Source: Harriotta raleighana (Eukaryota). From it: 64,000 bases of DNA. Each line of letters starts with the position of its first letter. Position 1 is the first letter of the stretch. Shown here piece after piece: positions 13,901 to 29,183 of this stretch. Both the position numbers and the translations under genes were made by a program. The DNA lies in NCBI GenBank assembly GCA_050575255.1, contig JBNZDD010013718.1, positions 2,472,113 to 2,536,112 of the forward strand, given 5' to 3'. The notes below the pieces were generated by a model. That model made no database searches. It was not told the origin of the DNA and worked only from the letters and a program-made list of their open reading frames with translations.

Positions 13901-14467
13901 AGTGGCTAACTATAGCATATTATCCACAGAAAAATATTTCACTTTGACTCACTGAATACGTTTTTTGGTGGCTTTGATTTTGCAATGATTATATAGTCAA
14001 AGTCTCACTATAAATATTTCTGAAAGCACATCTTACTTTCAAGTTAATGAACGCTGATTCAGAATTCCGGTTTAAAAGTGCCATGATATTCTCGGTTCGT
14101 TATATAAGACTATTGGAAAAAATGTATTCGACATCTCAAAATGTATGTTTTCCACTCAGAAAAGTATTGGTAGAGAATATTATTGGTAATATATTAAGAC
14201 GCTCTTGAAAACATAGTGGAAAAAGACAAACGAAACAGAAGAGATCGTTACCTGAATTAGTTAAGTGATCAACATTCTCTTAACAAGTCATGAATCATAT
14301 CCAAAATGGTTGAAGAACAAAGCCTTGATAACACACACGAGAAGTTCAAAACAAAACTACCCCGCCTTTCAGAACACAGAGCAGCAAAATAATAATCTCC
14401 CACAGTGCAGTGATTAAATCAAAATGATTTAAAATCTAGGTTATAATTGAGGAGAAAGTACGCATTA

Positions 14468-14677
<210 letters not shown>

Positions 14678-16810
14678 TTATAGATTATGCATTTCAAAGA
14701 ACTAGTTAAACTTGCCTGCCAATGTGAAGTTATGCAATGCTCACTAGCATTATAATTGCCACAGCTACAGAGCACTTGAATGTTCTAGGGTGACAATACA
14801 GTTATAAAATACACATTTATAATATATTGATGGAACAGATGCAACAAATTCCATCAATGTCTGTCGTATCATAATACAGCCACAATGTGCACTCTTAGGT
14901 AAAGTTTCGGAGTGATGTTTAAATGAAAATTGCTGTTTGATGAATATATTTTTAATCATGTGGTGGGGGTCGGTGAAGTTGTGGGGGGGGATGCCGGGCA
15001 AGGAGGATTTGCAAAGTGGCGATCTATTTACTTCACTGCAGTAACACTAAATAATAATCATAACCCATAACCTGACCTCATTGCCAGTTGCTGGTAAGCT
15101 ACTGAATCTTGGAAAGTCATTCAACTTCAGGCTGGTAACCAATTTGAAGTCTAATGCATTATCGCTCAGATTATATTTCCGGAGATGATTCATCATCACT
15201 TCCAGCATTAAAGTGAGGGGGTTGCACAAATTCCAATTTATACAGTGTGCTCTGACTTCGCCACATTGCTATGCTGACTGCAGTTGAAACATGGTCAATG
15301 TTTAAAATGAGTGAATTTAACCACATTGGAGCCAAGAACAACAAAATTACACTTGTTTAATAGCGCCTTTCACGTCAGGAGGACGTCCCAAGGCGTTGGA
15401 AGCAGATTTTAAACATTAAACGTGGTCCCAGCAAATGATTTATCATTACTCCCAGCATTACAATGAGGGAGTAACATAGAATACATAGGAATTGCCACAT
15501 GTGGGCAAGACACATGGAACTTTCTTGGTTTGGATACTCCTCAACATCTGCCAGACACCTGACTGACCAAATAAAATAGGTCTTGGTTATTTCTGGCCTA
15601 ACTAAGCTACAACACCAGAAGATGTTAAAGCCAACCAATGTAACTAGAACAAAATGGACTGCAATCTCCAATTCATGTAGCAATCACTAGTGACATAAGG
15701 CATTCCCAGTTTTGAGAAGATAGATAAGACTCAAGTTCTGAATATGTTTAATATTACTGCAGTAAAGTCAATCAATCCCTTTGCAAAGATTGCATCCCCT
15801 TCCCGTGACTTTAACCATATTCATTGATCAGCTATTTCCATTTAAATATTGTTGCTATGTTACAGTAAAATATTCACTACTGGGAGAAAATGATATTCCT
15901 TGTGAGAGGAGTGGAAGTCTGTATGGAATAATGCCTGATAGTTATTGCCAGGCATTATTCAGATAGTTCACCTCAGACAGCATATTATTGACTGAGTAGA
16001 AGGTTTATTTTTTCACCTCCAGTGTGCTAATGATATAGTGAGAAAATCAGCCCCCACATTCATTTCTAATTATCTTGTGTGTTACAAATCAACCTGTTTT
16101 AATCAATCTGTTTACTCTGGTGGGGATGGCTATTTTTACATCCTTCCCAGGCTAGTGTACATTATGTTTGGTGGAATGGGTTGGACAGAACCACTAACTT
16201 GTGAGGAACACTGATTAAAAATAGGATTATTTTTATGTAAAACAAAATATTGTGGTATTATGGTGGTATGTTGTGGCTGTAGTATGAACACAATGCTTAT
16301 ATTTTAAGGGATATTTATCATCAATGCAATGTCAACAACAACTTGCACTTATATAATGCCCTCCATGCAGGGTAAGTGTGCTTAACAGTGGCGGAACCTG
16401 ACTTCACATCACTAGTTCCCATATTTGCACAGAAATAAAGTGGATGGTTCTTGCTACTAAGAGATGAAACAATGATCTCTCAGCTGGTTTATATGAACGA
16501 AACAACAATAAAACTAAGTGTTTTCCTGTGTGTCAAACGCCCAAGGTGAGATCGCAGTGTACAATGTCTGTGTTAAAATGCCTCTGAGCAGAGTAGGCGG
16601 ACATCAACAAAAAAAACAAATAGTCTGGCATGACTGACTGTTGTTGGTAAAGACACAGTTTCAGTAAAAGCACTTCTTTTGCCTGGAACAAAAATGATCG
16701 ACTAATATGTTACAAAACGTGTTGGTGAAAATGAAACCAAGCAGCCTTCAGTTTGATGAGCTGGTTTGTGGGGATTTGTGTGCCAAAAGTATGCAAAATA
16801 AGACACTTAC

Positions 16811-16974
16811 GTCATCGCTTGGTAAATTGATTCAATTCCATAGCGTATCGCAAATTCATCCACAATTTCTTGAGGGGAATCTCCAAAGTATACTTTCCAT
16901 GCCTCGTCTCCTTTCAATTCCGGGATTTTTACCACACCGTTATACTTGACCTCAGTCAAATGATTGAACAGGTT
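16811..16974 (-). CDS. UNC13C: UNC13C coding exon, 164 nt ([55 protein letters not shown])
   Basis: cag|AAC ... AC|gtaagt; phase 0 to 2; start of the MUN region. Confidence 0.97.
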
Positions 16975-17649
16975 CTGGAGTGAAGGGGATGGAAATCTTT
17001 GAATTACGCTTCTGAATAATTTCACCGTATCTAAATATAGAGAGACATTCTCACTTTCACTTTAAAGTTTGCCGCCACGCTTTCGATCGATAGTAAAAAA
17101 AAATTCAGAAAGTTCACTAATTTCACCGCACTGAATTTTAAGAGAAACTATGTATACACACAGACAACAGGTGCAGGATTCAAATTCCAAAGTTCAATTC
17201 AAAATCCAAATTCAAAATAAATTAAAATATCTCTTTCCTCTCAGTGTACATGGAAAAGACGAGCAACAAAAATAACTGGTGCTGCATCACTGAGTTCCTG
17301 TGACACAGTAGGTGCTTGAGTAGAGTTCTAGAGAATTGGGGCACAGGGGGAGGCTCAGACAAACAAATTTCCCGAGAGACACGACGATTTGCAAACTGCG
17401 AGAGCACGGAAGAGGGAATGCCTATCTGTGCAGTGAAGAAGGTTGGTTTGAACAGTGGGAACGGAAGACGAGAATCTCCATTCAGAGCTTTAGCCTATAC
17501 CGTAGAAGAATCCTGTTTTTTTTTAAATTAGTTTGGACAAAGCGTGGAGTATCTAAAGTTATTGATGGGTTTTGTTACTATTCAAGAAAACGTCACTTAT
17601 GTACATTTGAAACCGTCAATTGAGATGCATGAATGTTCGCTAAATTTTT

Positions 17650-17980
17650 GGAGTCCTGTAGCTCAGTGGTGAGAGGACTCGCCTTACAAGTGTGAGACCT
17701 GTGTTTGAATCCAGGCAGCTCAATGCCAAAACTTGGGCAAGTTTCCTTACTCCACATGCCTAATAATAAACCCTTCAAAAAAAAACCTGAATAATAATAT
17801 TGGTCATTACAATCCACGACTGTTTGTGCGACACCGCTGTGTGCAACTGGCTGCAGCGTTTTGCCCACAAATATACAGTCAATTCACTTTATAGTATATT
17901 CTGTGAAGTGCTTTGTGACGTTTAGAAGACGTGCAAAGCGCTATATCAAATTCAAGGAATATTATTATTTTTTATTATTA
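17650..17980 (+). mobile_element. SINE family A, full length (~330 bp)
   Basis: Head GGAGTCCTGTAGCTCAGTGG (A box) ... GTTTGAATCC (B box), family body, (ATT)n tail. Confidence 0.9.
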
Positions 17981-18130
<150 letters not shown>

Positions 18131-18270
18131 TTATTTGGCGTATTTTGCGGGGTGTGCTTCAGAGTCTGCTACTAAATTGAATGATAATGATTTATAAGTG
18201 ACTACTCGTTCATAATTTGCAGCCTTCAACTTAGTCTCCGACAACTTGCATTCATATAAATACAGGACGT

Positions 18271-18579
18271 GGAGTCCTGTAGGTCAGTGGTTAGAGCACT
18301 CGGCTTACAAGCGTGAGAATTGTGTTTGAATCCAGGCAGGTCAGGGTAAAACCTTGGGCAACTTTCCTTACTCCACATGCCTAATATTAATCTCTCTAAA
18401 AAAAAACATAATAAATTGGTAATTTCAATCCACGACTGTTTGTGGGACACCTCTGTTGACAATTGGCTGCTGCGTTTCACCCATAAATATACAGTCAATT
18501 TATAGTATATTCTGTGAAGCTCTTTGAGACATCTAGAAGATGTGAAAAGTGCTATATCAAATGCAAGGATTATTATTAT
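18271..18579 (+). mobile_element. SINE family A, full length
   Basis: A box TAGGTCAGTGG, B box GTTTGAATCC, family body, (ATT)n tail. Confidence 0.9.
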
Positions 18580-19055
18580 AGAGCACAACTTTGAGCTTAC
18601 TGGTGTCTTAGAATTCTTAAGTAGCTTTATAAGTTCTTGTTTGTTTACTCAACTGCGGACTAGGCTGGGGTCTGACTGTTTTTCTGTGTTCCTCTTCAGG
18701 AAGTTCAATATGTGTCTGAGATCTTGACGTTCTTGCACCACATCCTCAGCTATCAATGTGCCATATCCAGTCTTCGCCTCGATCCCGGGACCTCTCTCCT
18801 CTGGGCAAGTGATTTGACAATGACCAAAGTTTGACAATTGCCATGTTAATGAGCACCAAGACTCCCATTGGGAAGTTTCCTTTCTTTGTTCTGAACCTGG
18901 GATTGAGCTGTTGCCTTCCAGGCAATACTACAGGCTGTGTGTTTGTGCTTATCTCGCCCTCCCATCGCCTTATTGAAAACATTACCCAGTCTGCCTGACC
19001 ATCATACAGTATTTCAGTTTCTCTTCAACCAGTCAATCTATCATTGCATAACGAT

Positions 19056-19298
19056 GGAATCCTGTCGCTCAGTGGTTAGAGCGCCTGCCTCGCAAGCAAG
19101 AGACCTGGGTACGTTTGCTGGCAGGGCGAAACCTTGGGCAAGTTTCCATAACTGTTTGGGGACACTGCTGTGCGCAATTGGCTGCCACATTTCGCCCACA
19201 AATATACAGTTTATTCACTTTACAATATATTTTGTGGAGCACTTTGAGACATCTAGAATACGTGAAAAATGCTATATCTAATGCAAGGATTATTGTTA
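19056..19298 (+). mobile_element. SINE family A, internal deletion
   Basis: tRNA-like head joined directly to the 3' body and tail. Confidence 0.85.
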
Positions 19299-20344
19299 TG
19301 CTCCAAAATATGATAGGAAAGAATGCCTTTTATTTGCAGCAGTCACAAATTTGTTCTAGGCTCTAAAGCCTTGATGTGTGGTACCAACCTTGTGTTAAAG
19401 CAACAGGATAATATATAGCTACCTAACCACTGTGAAAGAGAATGGTTTAAGCAAAGATGGAAAATTATATCGAGATGAAACTGTGCTTTTCACGGTGAAT
19501 CACTGCGAGCAGTAAAAGGTAATTTCTGATTTCAGCCACAATAATTTGCTCTCAAGAACAACACGGTCAGACCACTTTGAGGAGATGATTTTGGAGCGCC
19601 GCAAACTGACGTGATGCAATTATATATAAATATCGATCCAGCCTCTAGCGTAATTATTGCAGTGCAAATAAATTTAGCCTTCAAAAAAATTGATAGCTTA
19701 AACGTTCCACTGTCCGAGAACTGTTAAAGAGATCTTTAATATTAACGAACCACTCAAGCGACCAGCTTTTAACAAAAAAGAACCAGTGTGCTTGACACGA
19801 GTTAGCATAGCTCTACTGCTAGTATGTCTATAAGCAACCCCTCCACAGCCTCCGGCTTTCCACTCCTAATCACTTCACAGCTTAAGGCAACAATAAATCT
19901 CTTCTTCTAGCAGTATAAACTGGGGATGAAAATCCGCTATATAGATATTATATCCCGAAGAATGTTTGAATCTATAAGTCACAAAGCTGCTGTAAAGCTC
20001 TCTGCAGTTAGCAATTTGGGATGTTTTCAGAGAGCTAATTGTTTGAGAGCTGTTGGGGCATAAATTTGCTGCATAGTGATTGCTCGTTCAATTTGTCTTT
20101 CATAATATTTTACTGAAAGTTTGCTGTATTGCAACTTTCTGCATAATCAAACAATCATTGACTGTCCAATGTTTTGGGACGTCCTGACATGAAAGACAAG
20201 TGGAATTTTGTTGTTGTTATCAGGCAGGATTTTACACATCAGTTGTTTCTTTTTGTGTTGGAGAACAGTGAAAACGATGACCGGGTGAAAAAAATAATTA
20301 TAGACAGGAATGTTTACTTTCAACCAAGCAATAGTGAGTAAGGG

Positions 20345-20840
<496 letters not shown>

Positions 20841-22510
20841 TTATCGCAATGGGCTTCACAGGTAGTTTATGTAGGCAAAAGTAACTACCATTACAACAAC
20901 AACTTGCAATTATGCAGTGCCTTTCATGAGGGTTAGCGTCTTGGAGCACTTCAATATTACAGAAAAGAGTTTTAAACAATTTTACACTGGAACATCATTT
21001 TCATTCTACTCATTAATTAAGCAAATGATGAATTGCACGATTAATTAAAAGCAAGGTCATGGTTAGTTATCCATTCACTGTAGGACGGTTGCGCATAACA
21101 TTTAGCCGTGCATTGCAACCTGAAGAACATTTTCTTGTTTCGTTGTAATTTTCCAATAACAAATATCCTGCATTAAGACAAATGGGATGTCAAATAAATT
21201 GTTGCTGGGAATATGGCTGCAGCTTCAGAATTAGTAATTCTGCATGGAAGAAATACATTGTAGACACATGATTGAAATCATTAACCAAATAGAGTTACAG
21301 GCACTGCACTGAGGATAAGTGATGGTATTTATTTTGGGTTTGCTTTCCATCCAGTGTTGTAAGAATACATTATTTCAAATATTAATGTTTTTAAGGAAGA
21401 ATGGCAACCATTCTGAGCAAGAAAACAATACAAAATTACATTTGCAAAGCGCCTTTCATGTTGGGAGAATGTCCCAAGTGCAAGTGTGTCAGTTGTGATC
21501 AATTACAATCAAATTATTATTATTATTATCATTATCATCGATAATGCTAGAATCAAAAGTTTTATTGCAAGATACTCTAAACCTTTGAAGCATTTTTTAA
21601 ACAAAAACACACACCATGTCCAAACTTTTCTGCAAATCAGAAACTTATGCTATTGTGCTCTTCATTGTTAGCAAAGTAATAATGGCCGGGGAAAGATTCC
21701 ATCCCTCCAGTGAACAGCTCAGATAATCTCTTATTTTTGGTCAAACCCTTATCAGCTACATAGAGATACATAGAATACGATACAGAAAGAAGCTTTTCGG
21801 CATGTGATTTTGCCCTATTAAGTCTCCCCTCATCTCCTATTCCTCTCCTAGTGGTGTGTGGTACTCGTCCACAGAGAGCAGGCAGATACCGCAACTTTAC
21901 TAAATCTGGGCTTTAAAGGTTCAAAATACTGAACCACCAGGAAACCAGAGGAACCACTTCAGAGTTGATGTGATTGAATCTGCCTTAGTTCCAACCAGAA
22001 AGGGATCCTTGCGCAAAGCCCAACTTAATGACATGGAACAAGATTTGCTTTCTGCCCTCTACATGTACGGATACAAAGTTGGCTTCTGGCCAACTTAAGA
22101 TGCTTTGTGATTACAGCTAGAACAGCTGGCAAGCAGAGATTCAGTGGTTTGGAGCAGAAACAAAAAAAAACCACCAAGGACATGACTGAAGTTGGTTTCC
22201 AGAGTTTAGGGGTAAGAAATGAAGGTGGCATATTTTAATCTGCATTGATATCTCAAGTGTTAAAGGATTCAAAAGGTTTGATCCCAGTCATCAGTCTCCC
22301 CATCGCGCATGCTATCCTTTCCTTCTTTGGTCTGGAAACAACACTGAACTGTAAAAAAAAAAGCCTTAAATTAAAAACTACAACTCTTCATGATTTGACC
22401 CCCAGGAAGTAAGACAATATGTGCAAGTGCAAACTATGGAACTCAGACATGCCCAATGTCAGTGTCTGTTCACGTGGTGATTACCCTTACGTTTAGAAGC
22501 CAGTACTTAC

Positions 22511-22652
22511 AAGTGAAATTTTTCATCCCAGCTGGGGTTGAGATTTCCAAAAATGGTTTTGGTTCTCCTTTTGGTTTTACCCACTTGAACTGTGACATAC
22601 GGGTCACTTGAGCCTGTCTTGTCTTTGGCTTGTAAACCCTGAGCACAAAGCA
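22511..22652 (-). CDS. UNC13C: UNC13C coding exon, 142 nt, C2B domain ([48 protein letters not shown])
   Basis: cag|TG ... TT|gtaagt; phase 1 to 2; C2 signature SDPYV. Confidence 0.97.
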
Positions 22653-23008
22653 CTGTAAGCACAAAGGAAAGCCTGGAATATTTAACAAAGCACTTCAGAC
22701 AGATACTATCTCAAAGATAATCTGGGGCAAAACATACGTAGAATATCAATGGACACAACAACCTACTTGCAATTAGATGGTGGGGGCTTAGTACAAAATC
22801 ATCAGCGGTACTAATTTCATACGCAGTTTGCTGAGAAGTTTTGGGGGGTTTTTAATTGTTAATTTTAGGGAACGGCTATACATTTGTCTGGCCAGTTTTA
22901 ATATTCACTGCAAATACAAACTAAATCACAAACTAAAGTTTTGAATTTGAAGCAGGAATATTTTGCATGGTAATTCAGATTGGTTAGTGTTCGCATTATT
23001 GTGACATC

Positions 23009-23096
23009 TTAAATCCTACTGCTGCGTTTCACATCATTGAAGGCTAAGAATACTTGACTACTAATTGCATATTTACATGTAAAATTTAAAATCTGA
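23009..23096 (+). repeat. ~88-bp diverged direct repeat, copy 1 (copy 2 at 24903-24989)
   Basis: Shared core CACATCATTGAAGGCTAAGA(A)TACTTGACT..TTGCATATTTACATG..AATCTGA. Confidence 0.85.
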
Positions 23097-23704
23097 TGGC
23101 TGTGCGGGGTTTAGTTAAAACCAAATTGCTTTCTTATTTTTCCTGGAAAGGCATTTAAACTTGATTCCTTGGTGATTAATCAAATCCACAGTTTTAAGGA
23201 GGCTGATTTATAATACTGTACATACATTATTTGCTTCTAATCCAGTATTTATACTGCTGGGAGTGAAGTCACCTATTGCTCAATTGTAGGGAAATCATGG
23301 GACACTGAGCATAATAATTTAATAGAACAACAACTTGTATTTATACAGTGCCCTTCACATGGGAGTTTGCTGCTACTACACCAGCCTCCATCCATCCTAA
23401 ACTCCTACACTTCTCTATTCCCATCTCTTTCATGTACAGATCAAGTTTCCTCTAAAATCCACCATCTAATTTTGCTTCAACCACCAGCTTCCAGCAGTGG
23501 CTTCTGCATTTTCACCACTGTGTTTTGGCGAGTTCTGACTAATGGTCGTTTACCAAAAATGTTAACTCATTTTCCTCTCTCCATAGATGCTGCCTGGCCT
23601 GCTGCATGTCCCCAATGACTGCTGTGTTGAGATTATATTTACATCCCCTTCATTTTGGATTCATCAACAGGTCGAAACAACTAATTAATCATAGAGAATC
23701 TAAC

Positions 23705-23932
23705 CTGTTATGGTTAACTTTGCTGACCACTTGGAAGTCCCATCCAGGACATTCTGCTTCGCTGCTTTTAAATTTTGTGCATAGTTTTCTTTCGACACTT
23801 GGAATTGCTCTTGAATCAGCTCAAAAATCTCTGGGTTATTTTGCTCCCGGATCTTCATTCTCTCTTTCATGGCTGTGATGATGTTTTGCGTCTTGTCCTC
23901 TGCTCCGTGTTTGGAACTTTTCTCAGCTGCAC
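23705..23932 (-). CDS. UNC13C: UNC13C coding exon, 228 nt, C1-C2B linker ([29 protein letters not shown]...[14 protein letters not shown])
   Basis: cag|GT ... G|gttag; phase 1/1. Confidence 0.97.
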
Positions 23933-24626
23933 CTGGAGTTGGAGGGGAGGGGGGCGGTCGCGGGTGGGGAAACATTGAAAGAGTTTCCAAACTTTGAACA
24001 ATTCTCTATCTTGATGATGGAACAAATACTCCCTATTAAATAATTTTTCAGTTTACCAGAACTTAATGGAGCAGATCTATTTAACTTCAAGATCTTGAAC
24101 ATTATCCATGTAATGTTGTAGCAATCTATATTATTATTTAGAAGTCCTGACTTATAAAAGTCAGTGAAATGTCTTGCTCCTGGTGATCACCAACGTATCT
24201 TGGCTCCAGTAATTCGTCCTGTGCAAAAGGCCTTTGCCTGCTACAAAGTAAATATTCCATATTTACAGTAATTAAAAAACAAATGAGGGTCGAAGATTGC
24301 CATTACTGGAGTTATTTTTGTTAAATTTAAACAGAAATACAGGTAGATTGACCAAAACCTCAAGAAAACAGAATTGAAAACCATTTGAAGGGCCCATCCA
24401 GCAATTCCAGGTAGCAGTGATCAGAGCTGATTTGCAAAGGGCATTAAATGGCTTGCAGGTAGAGGCTCCAATTTTGGCACAAAATTAAACAGGGCAATAG
24501 AAGCAAAAGTTTCCAAATCTAGACTGCTTTGTGGGTTGTTTTCTAAAGTTCTGAATTCAAGGCCCCTGTACTGTGATTGTGAACAGGATTCTGGCTGTCT
24601 CTCCTTCTCTCAGTGAAAGTCAGTCA

Positions 24627-24869
<243 letters not shown>

Positions 24870-24902
24870 TTAAGATGAAGAACTGGAATCTGTTCATTTC
24901 AA

Positions 24903-24989
24903 TTAAATCGCACTGCTTTGTCTCACATCATTGAAGGCTAAGATACTTGACTGCTATTTGCATATTTACATGAGAAATTTTAAATCTGA
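24903..24989 (+). repeat. ~88-bp diverged direct repeat, copy 2
   Basis: Matches 23009-23096; contains the octamer ATTTGCAT. Confidence 0.85.
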
Positions 24990-26835
24990 ATGATTTGCAA
25001 TCTCAATGATACAACAAGAGAGGCGCTTGTTTGAGGCACTTTATAATATATCATGTCCTATAATAAGATTAATAGAATCAAAGATATAATCAAAGTCACA
25101 TCACCTAAACTCAAAAATCCTTCTCGATTCTGGTTATAAGTAACTTCAGCAAAGCACTTTTAGCAATAGTATCACCAAAAACTTATATATTTGGGCTCAT
25201 AACTGTACAAGCTAGTCTCAAACAAATTATAAAGTAAACATATCAAACAGAAGTTGGGTAGATTTTTTCTATCCAAATTCCTCAGCAATTCGGGTTTAAA
25301 TGACTAAGGGAGTAAAGAATACAATTTGAGATTGAAAAATCTGATTCTTTTTCTTCCCAAACATTAGCTTGGATACAGTCAGTGCATGTACACAATGGTC
25401 ATATTTCAAAGAAATACATTTGTATATTATGCACTGAAAGCTGTACAATTTGTAAAGTGGACTGGACAGTTTGGAATGATGTATACGAGGGAGTCTTTTG
25501 GAAGATCATTCCAAATGACACTTCTTTAAGCCTACAGTTTCCAATTTATCTTCAGGATTCCTTTGAGTAATTCTACCCAAAGTGATCTGGCAGTGAATGT
25601 TACATCCATCAAATTATTTTACCAGGGATAAAATCTGACTTGTTAACTATTTTACAAGTGATATTTTAATACATCAATCCTTCTGCATTAAAATACATGG
25701 TTACCATAGGTAAATGCACTGTTGCGTTGGACAATGCATGTAATTAGCTATGCCTCACTGCTTTTAATTCTCTTTCCATTTAATGGGATTTCAATGTATG
25801 AATCAATTTAATTGAAACTATGCTTCAGAACAGGTCATTGGTCAATCAAAACATTTATTTTAAACCACCTCTAAAGTGCTAAAGTAAATTTACATTGATT
25901 TGATTTTCCAAAATGGGGTCCACTTTCCTCAACAAATATGAAGCGTGAGTGAAGAAACTCAGGGAAGAATGTTTCGAAAAGAAATTAGTGATGGTGACCA
26001 ATGCGGAAATTGGCAGTTTGGTAGGTGAAGAGCTCGCAGTAATGTACCAAACACTTTCTTTCAACAAATGTCATACAGCCTTAACACAAGTCTCATTCAT
26101 ATGGAGTCTGTATGAAAAGAGGCTGTAGTTATTTGTTGCCCTCCTAAATGTTTTGAACTCTGCTAGTCTCCCTTCAACCATGGACCAAATTCATCCAATG
26201 ACCATCTGATATGTTGGTAGTCAATTCAACTAACTCTTACTTACACTTGATTTGCTTGTCACCTCACTCAGTGCTTAACAACACAGTGGCTTTCTCTCTG
26301 CCTGTCTGGAAAACTTTCTCAAAGACTTAGTGCATAATTTGTGCGCAATGTGCTGCAGTGTCACTAAACACAGAGAATGAGAAACACCAAGTAATTGCCA
26401 TCACTTCACGCAAAGCTTTCCCTTGATGTGAAGTGCGCAAAACCAATATAATTGCTTCTCTCGCTCCCTCAACACCCGCACCTCCCCTCGCCAATCCTTG
26501 CATCATTTTCATAGTGAGCATTTTCCTCTCTTCCCAGCCAGGAACAACCACTTGGAAAACTGCAGATTGACTGGGATTCATAGATCATGGGTAATGTGGT
26601 GAGGTTGAAGTTTGCATAGGATAAAAGAACGATTGAGAATATGTTTATATGTACTAGTTTTACCGGCACCCCCAGTTCTTTAGAGATTTTGTGGCTTAAG
26701 CGTTATACTGTATAAGCACAAATAGGTGCTCAGTAGCTCGAAGACCATGATGTCCCATAGCTCTACTCTAATCCACTAATCCACTGGGTGACTGATAAAA
26801 GTTGTGCTGATAAACACATAAACAAACCCACTTAC

Positions 26836-26907
26836 CAATTCTTCATTGTTTAGTGAGGTTCTGGTGGCCATAGCAAAAGATATGCCTGCCTTTCGGGCAG
26901 CAAGAGT
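26836..26907 (-). CDS. UNC13C: UNC13C coding exon, 72 nt ([24 protein letters not shown])
   Basis: cag|ACT ... TTG|gtaagt; phase 0/0; resembles recalled mammalian [24 protein letters not shown]. Confidence 0.95.
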
Positions 26908-28216
26908 CTGTTGAGGCGGGAGAAAAAAAAAAGTGCAACTAGTAAGAGATGAAACGAGAGATGGAGAAGAATCCATGTAAATAATAGCCGTGCACTCAAA
27001 ACTGATGCGATGAAGGGTGCGCAAACTGACACTGTTTCCAATTGGATCCCCATCCTCTCCCCCCCAAAATTTATGGAGTTATTGAGTAGGGTTGCATGTG
27101 CTAAAGTGGTTTACAATTAATACTGAATGAACAAAATCAAATCTTAGTTGTCTGCTTTCACTGCTTTCTCTACCATCATTATTGAAGTTTTCTGTTTAGA
27201 ATTTTTTTTTAACAATGAAAAGACTATTCAATTTTTTTTCAGTACTTTCATTACACATCGAGATTGAGGACATTGAATGCACACAGTTGTTAAGATTTCT
27301 TTTTTTAAATCAGAAATTTGCCTGAGCTTGGAGAGTCTCGCTGAAATAAAACCAAATGGGAATGTCTTGCTCAAATGCACCCAGCAATGTTTTCAAATGT
27401 TGGAAACAAAATTATAAACATACACAGTATGTGGAGTTTGATGTAGATAGCAACATGGTTCACCTCTGATTTGCATTATAAGGATAATGAAAAGTTATTG
27501 ACACTGTTTCCTGAAAAAAGTCATCAATGTCATTTCCTGGGGTGTCTACTCTACATCCTTTCTAACTCTTTAAAACATAAGGACCAAATGAACAAGATCA
27601 GATTTTTAATTGGCGTGTAGAAAATTAGTCAGCTATTGGTGATTTAATCTACTAAATGAATATGCAATCATTTTCAGGCTGCATTTACCAAACTTTGTCA
27701 AACAGAAAATGACAAATGGCGCAGAGGGCATTAAATGTCAATACCAGACAGATTGGGTTTGCAAATCAGGCAATTCAGCCTGATGATAAATGACTCATTA
27801 TAGACAAGACCACTGACCTGGGGACTTGCATATTTAAGGTACCGTGTGCTTTGCTTGAAGGAAATTAGTTTAAAAGTTTAATTTGTCCCTTAAATCAACA
27901 TCTGGCTTCCTTTTTATTTGCAGGATTTAGGATTTTTAGAGCACTTTATATGTTGCAATATATCAAAACTTTTCATAGGTAATTACTGAGGATTTATTAA
28001 TTAATACGAGTCACAAATAAATGTCACAAATCCAATTCACCAGTAACTTAAAATTTACAGCATCATTATTTCACTAAAGTATATAAATCAAAGACATTAT
28101 TTTAAGAAACTTTAACCATAAGTCTACTGAATGAGCGGGGATACAGAAAATACAGTAAATCCTGTGACTGGTATTTTCCAGTTTAACATATCACACTGTA
28201 CTCCATACAAACTTAC

Positions 28217-28222
28217 CATTGC
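28217..28222 (-). CDS. UNC13C: UNC13C 6-nt microexon (GCA ATG = Ala-Met)
   Basis: Minus strand ...cactaac...tgcttcttggattaaacag|GCAATG|gtaagt; restores the recalled mammalian ...IVRDV-AM-TLAARK. Confidence 0.88.
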
Positions 28223-29104
28223 CTGTTTAATCCAAGAAGCATATGAAAGAAATTACAAAGGTTAGTGATTACATTCGCTGCCTCATTAGCAATTGAAATG
28301 ACTGAAGTACAGTGTGGTGAATATTACCTCTGCACAATTGAGAAACTCATTTTTGCATTGATTATACTTTAAAACAATGTTGGTGTCAATGTTGATACTT
28401 TTCCATGTTCCTTAAACTGAACGCGAGAAACTTTCTTTGAAGTGTTTTGAAATTGCATTGGGCTTTCAGAGCACAAAGGGGTACAAATCTCAAGCTAATA
28501 ACCGGTGGACAACAATGTTGGCAACGTGACATTTTATTTCAAATGAAATTTGCTGAATCAATATAAGGTGACATCCTCCTCTGTTTACTTTCAACACTTG
28601 GTGAGCAATATCCTAATTTCTGAAGGGAGTGTATTTGCGTTTAACTTGAAGTTAGTAATAAAGGCTCTTAACATATCGGAAGAATGGAGAACACATAATT
28701 GTCATTGAGTATTGATATGTTGACATTGATGTATGCATCAGTGATGTATGAGTTTACTTCTCATGATAAGATCCCAATATCAGTCAGGTTGGTTATGAGG
28801 GAGGGAGGACGAACCAATTACCCCTGGCATCCAGAATAGCTGCTTACAGTAAATCAATTATAAGGGAATCGGTGGGGGTGTTTCAGGGAGACACCAACCA
28901 CTCTAAAAGTAAAAGAGAAACACAGAATTGAAGAGCTTAAATCTCTTGCGGAATTTCATCAATGTAGCAAGTCTCTTGTTGTCTTGATTGTATTGAGTTG
29001 TTTCTAAACTCTAAAAGCACAGGATTAATGAGTACTTTTTTTATGGCTCGTGTCCTTTCAGTTTAGTGCACCAAACTTCAAACGATTCAAACTAGACAAC
29101 TCAC

Positions 29105-29183
29105 CACATCCCGAACAATAGGCATTGTCTTTTGTCGCCGCAGATCAGGCATGCTGTCGATGCCATAGAGTATGCTTCCAGGC
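29105..29183 (-). CDS. UNC13C: UNC13C coding exon, 79 nt ([26 protein letters not shown])
   Basis: tttag|G ... GTG|gtgagt; phase 2 to 0; conserved Munc13 motif [11 protein letters not shown]. Confidence 0.95.

Noticed and set aside
17650-17720. tRNA-like sequence with a TAC anticodon-like loop
   Set aside because: It is the SINE head: followed by the SINE body, no proper acceptor stem, and the loop varies between copies (TTACAAG, TCGCAAG, TTGCAAG).
18649-18982. Protein-looking short ORFs between two SINEs
   Set aside because: No convincing splice sites or homology; the flanking exons 20576 and 18102 already join in frame to give the conserved C2B sequence.
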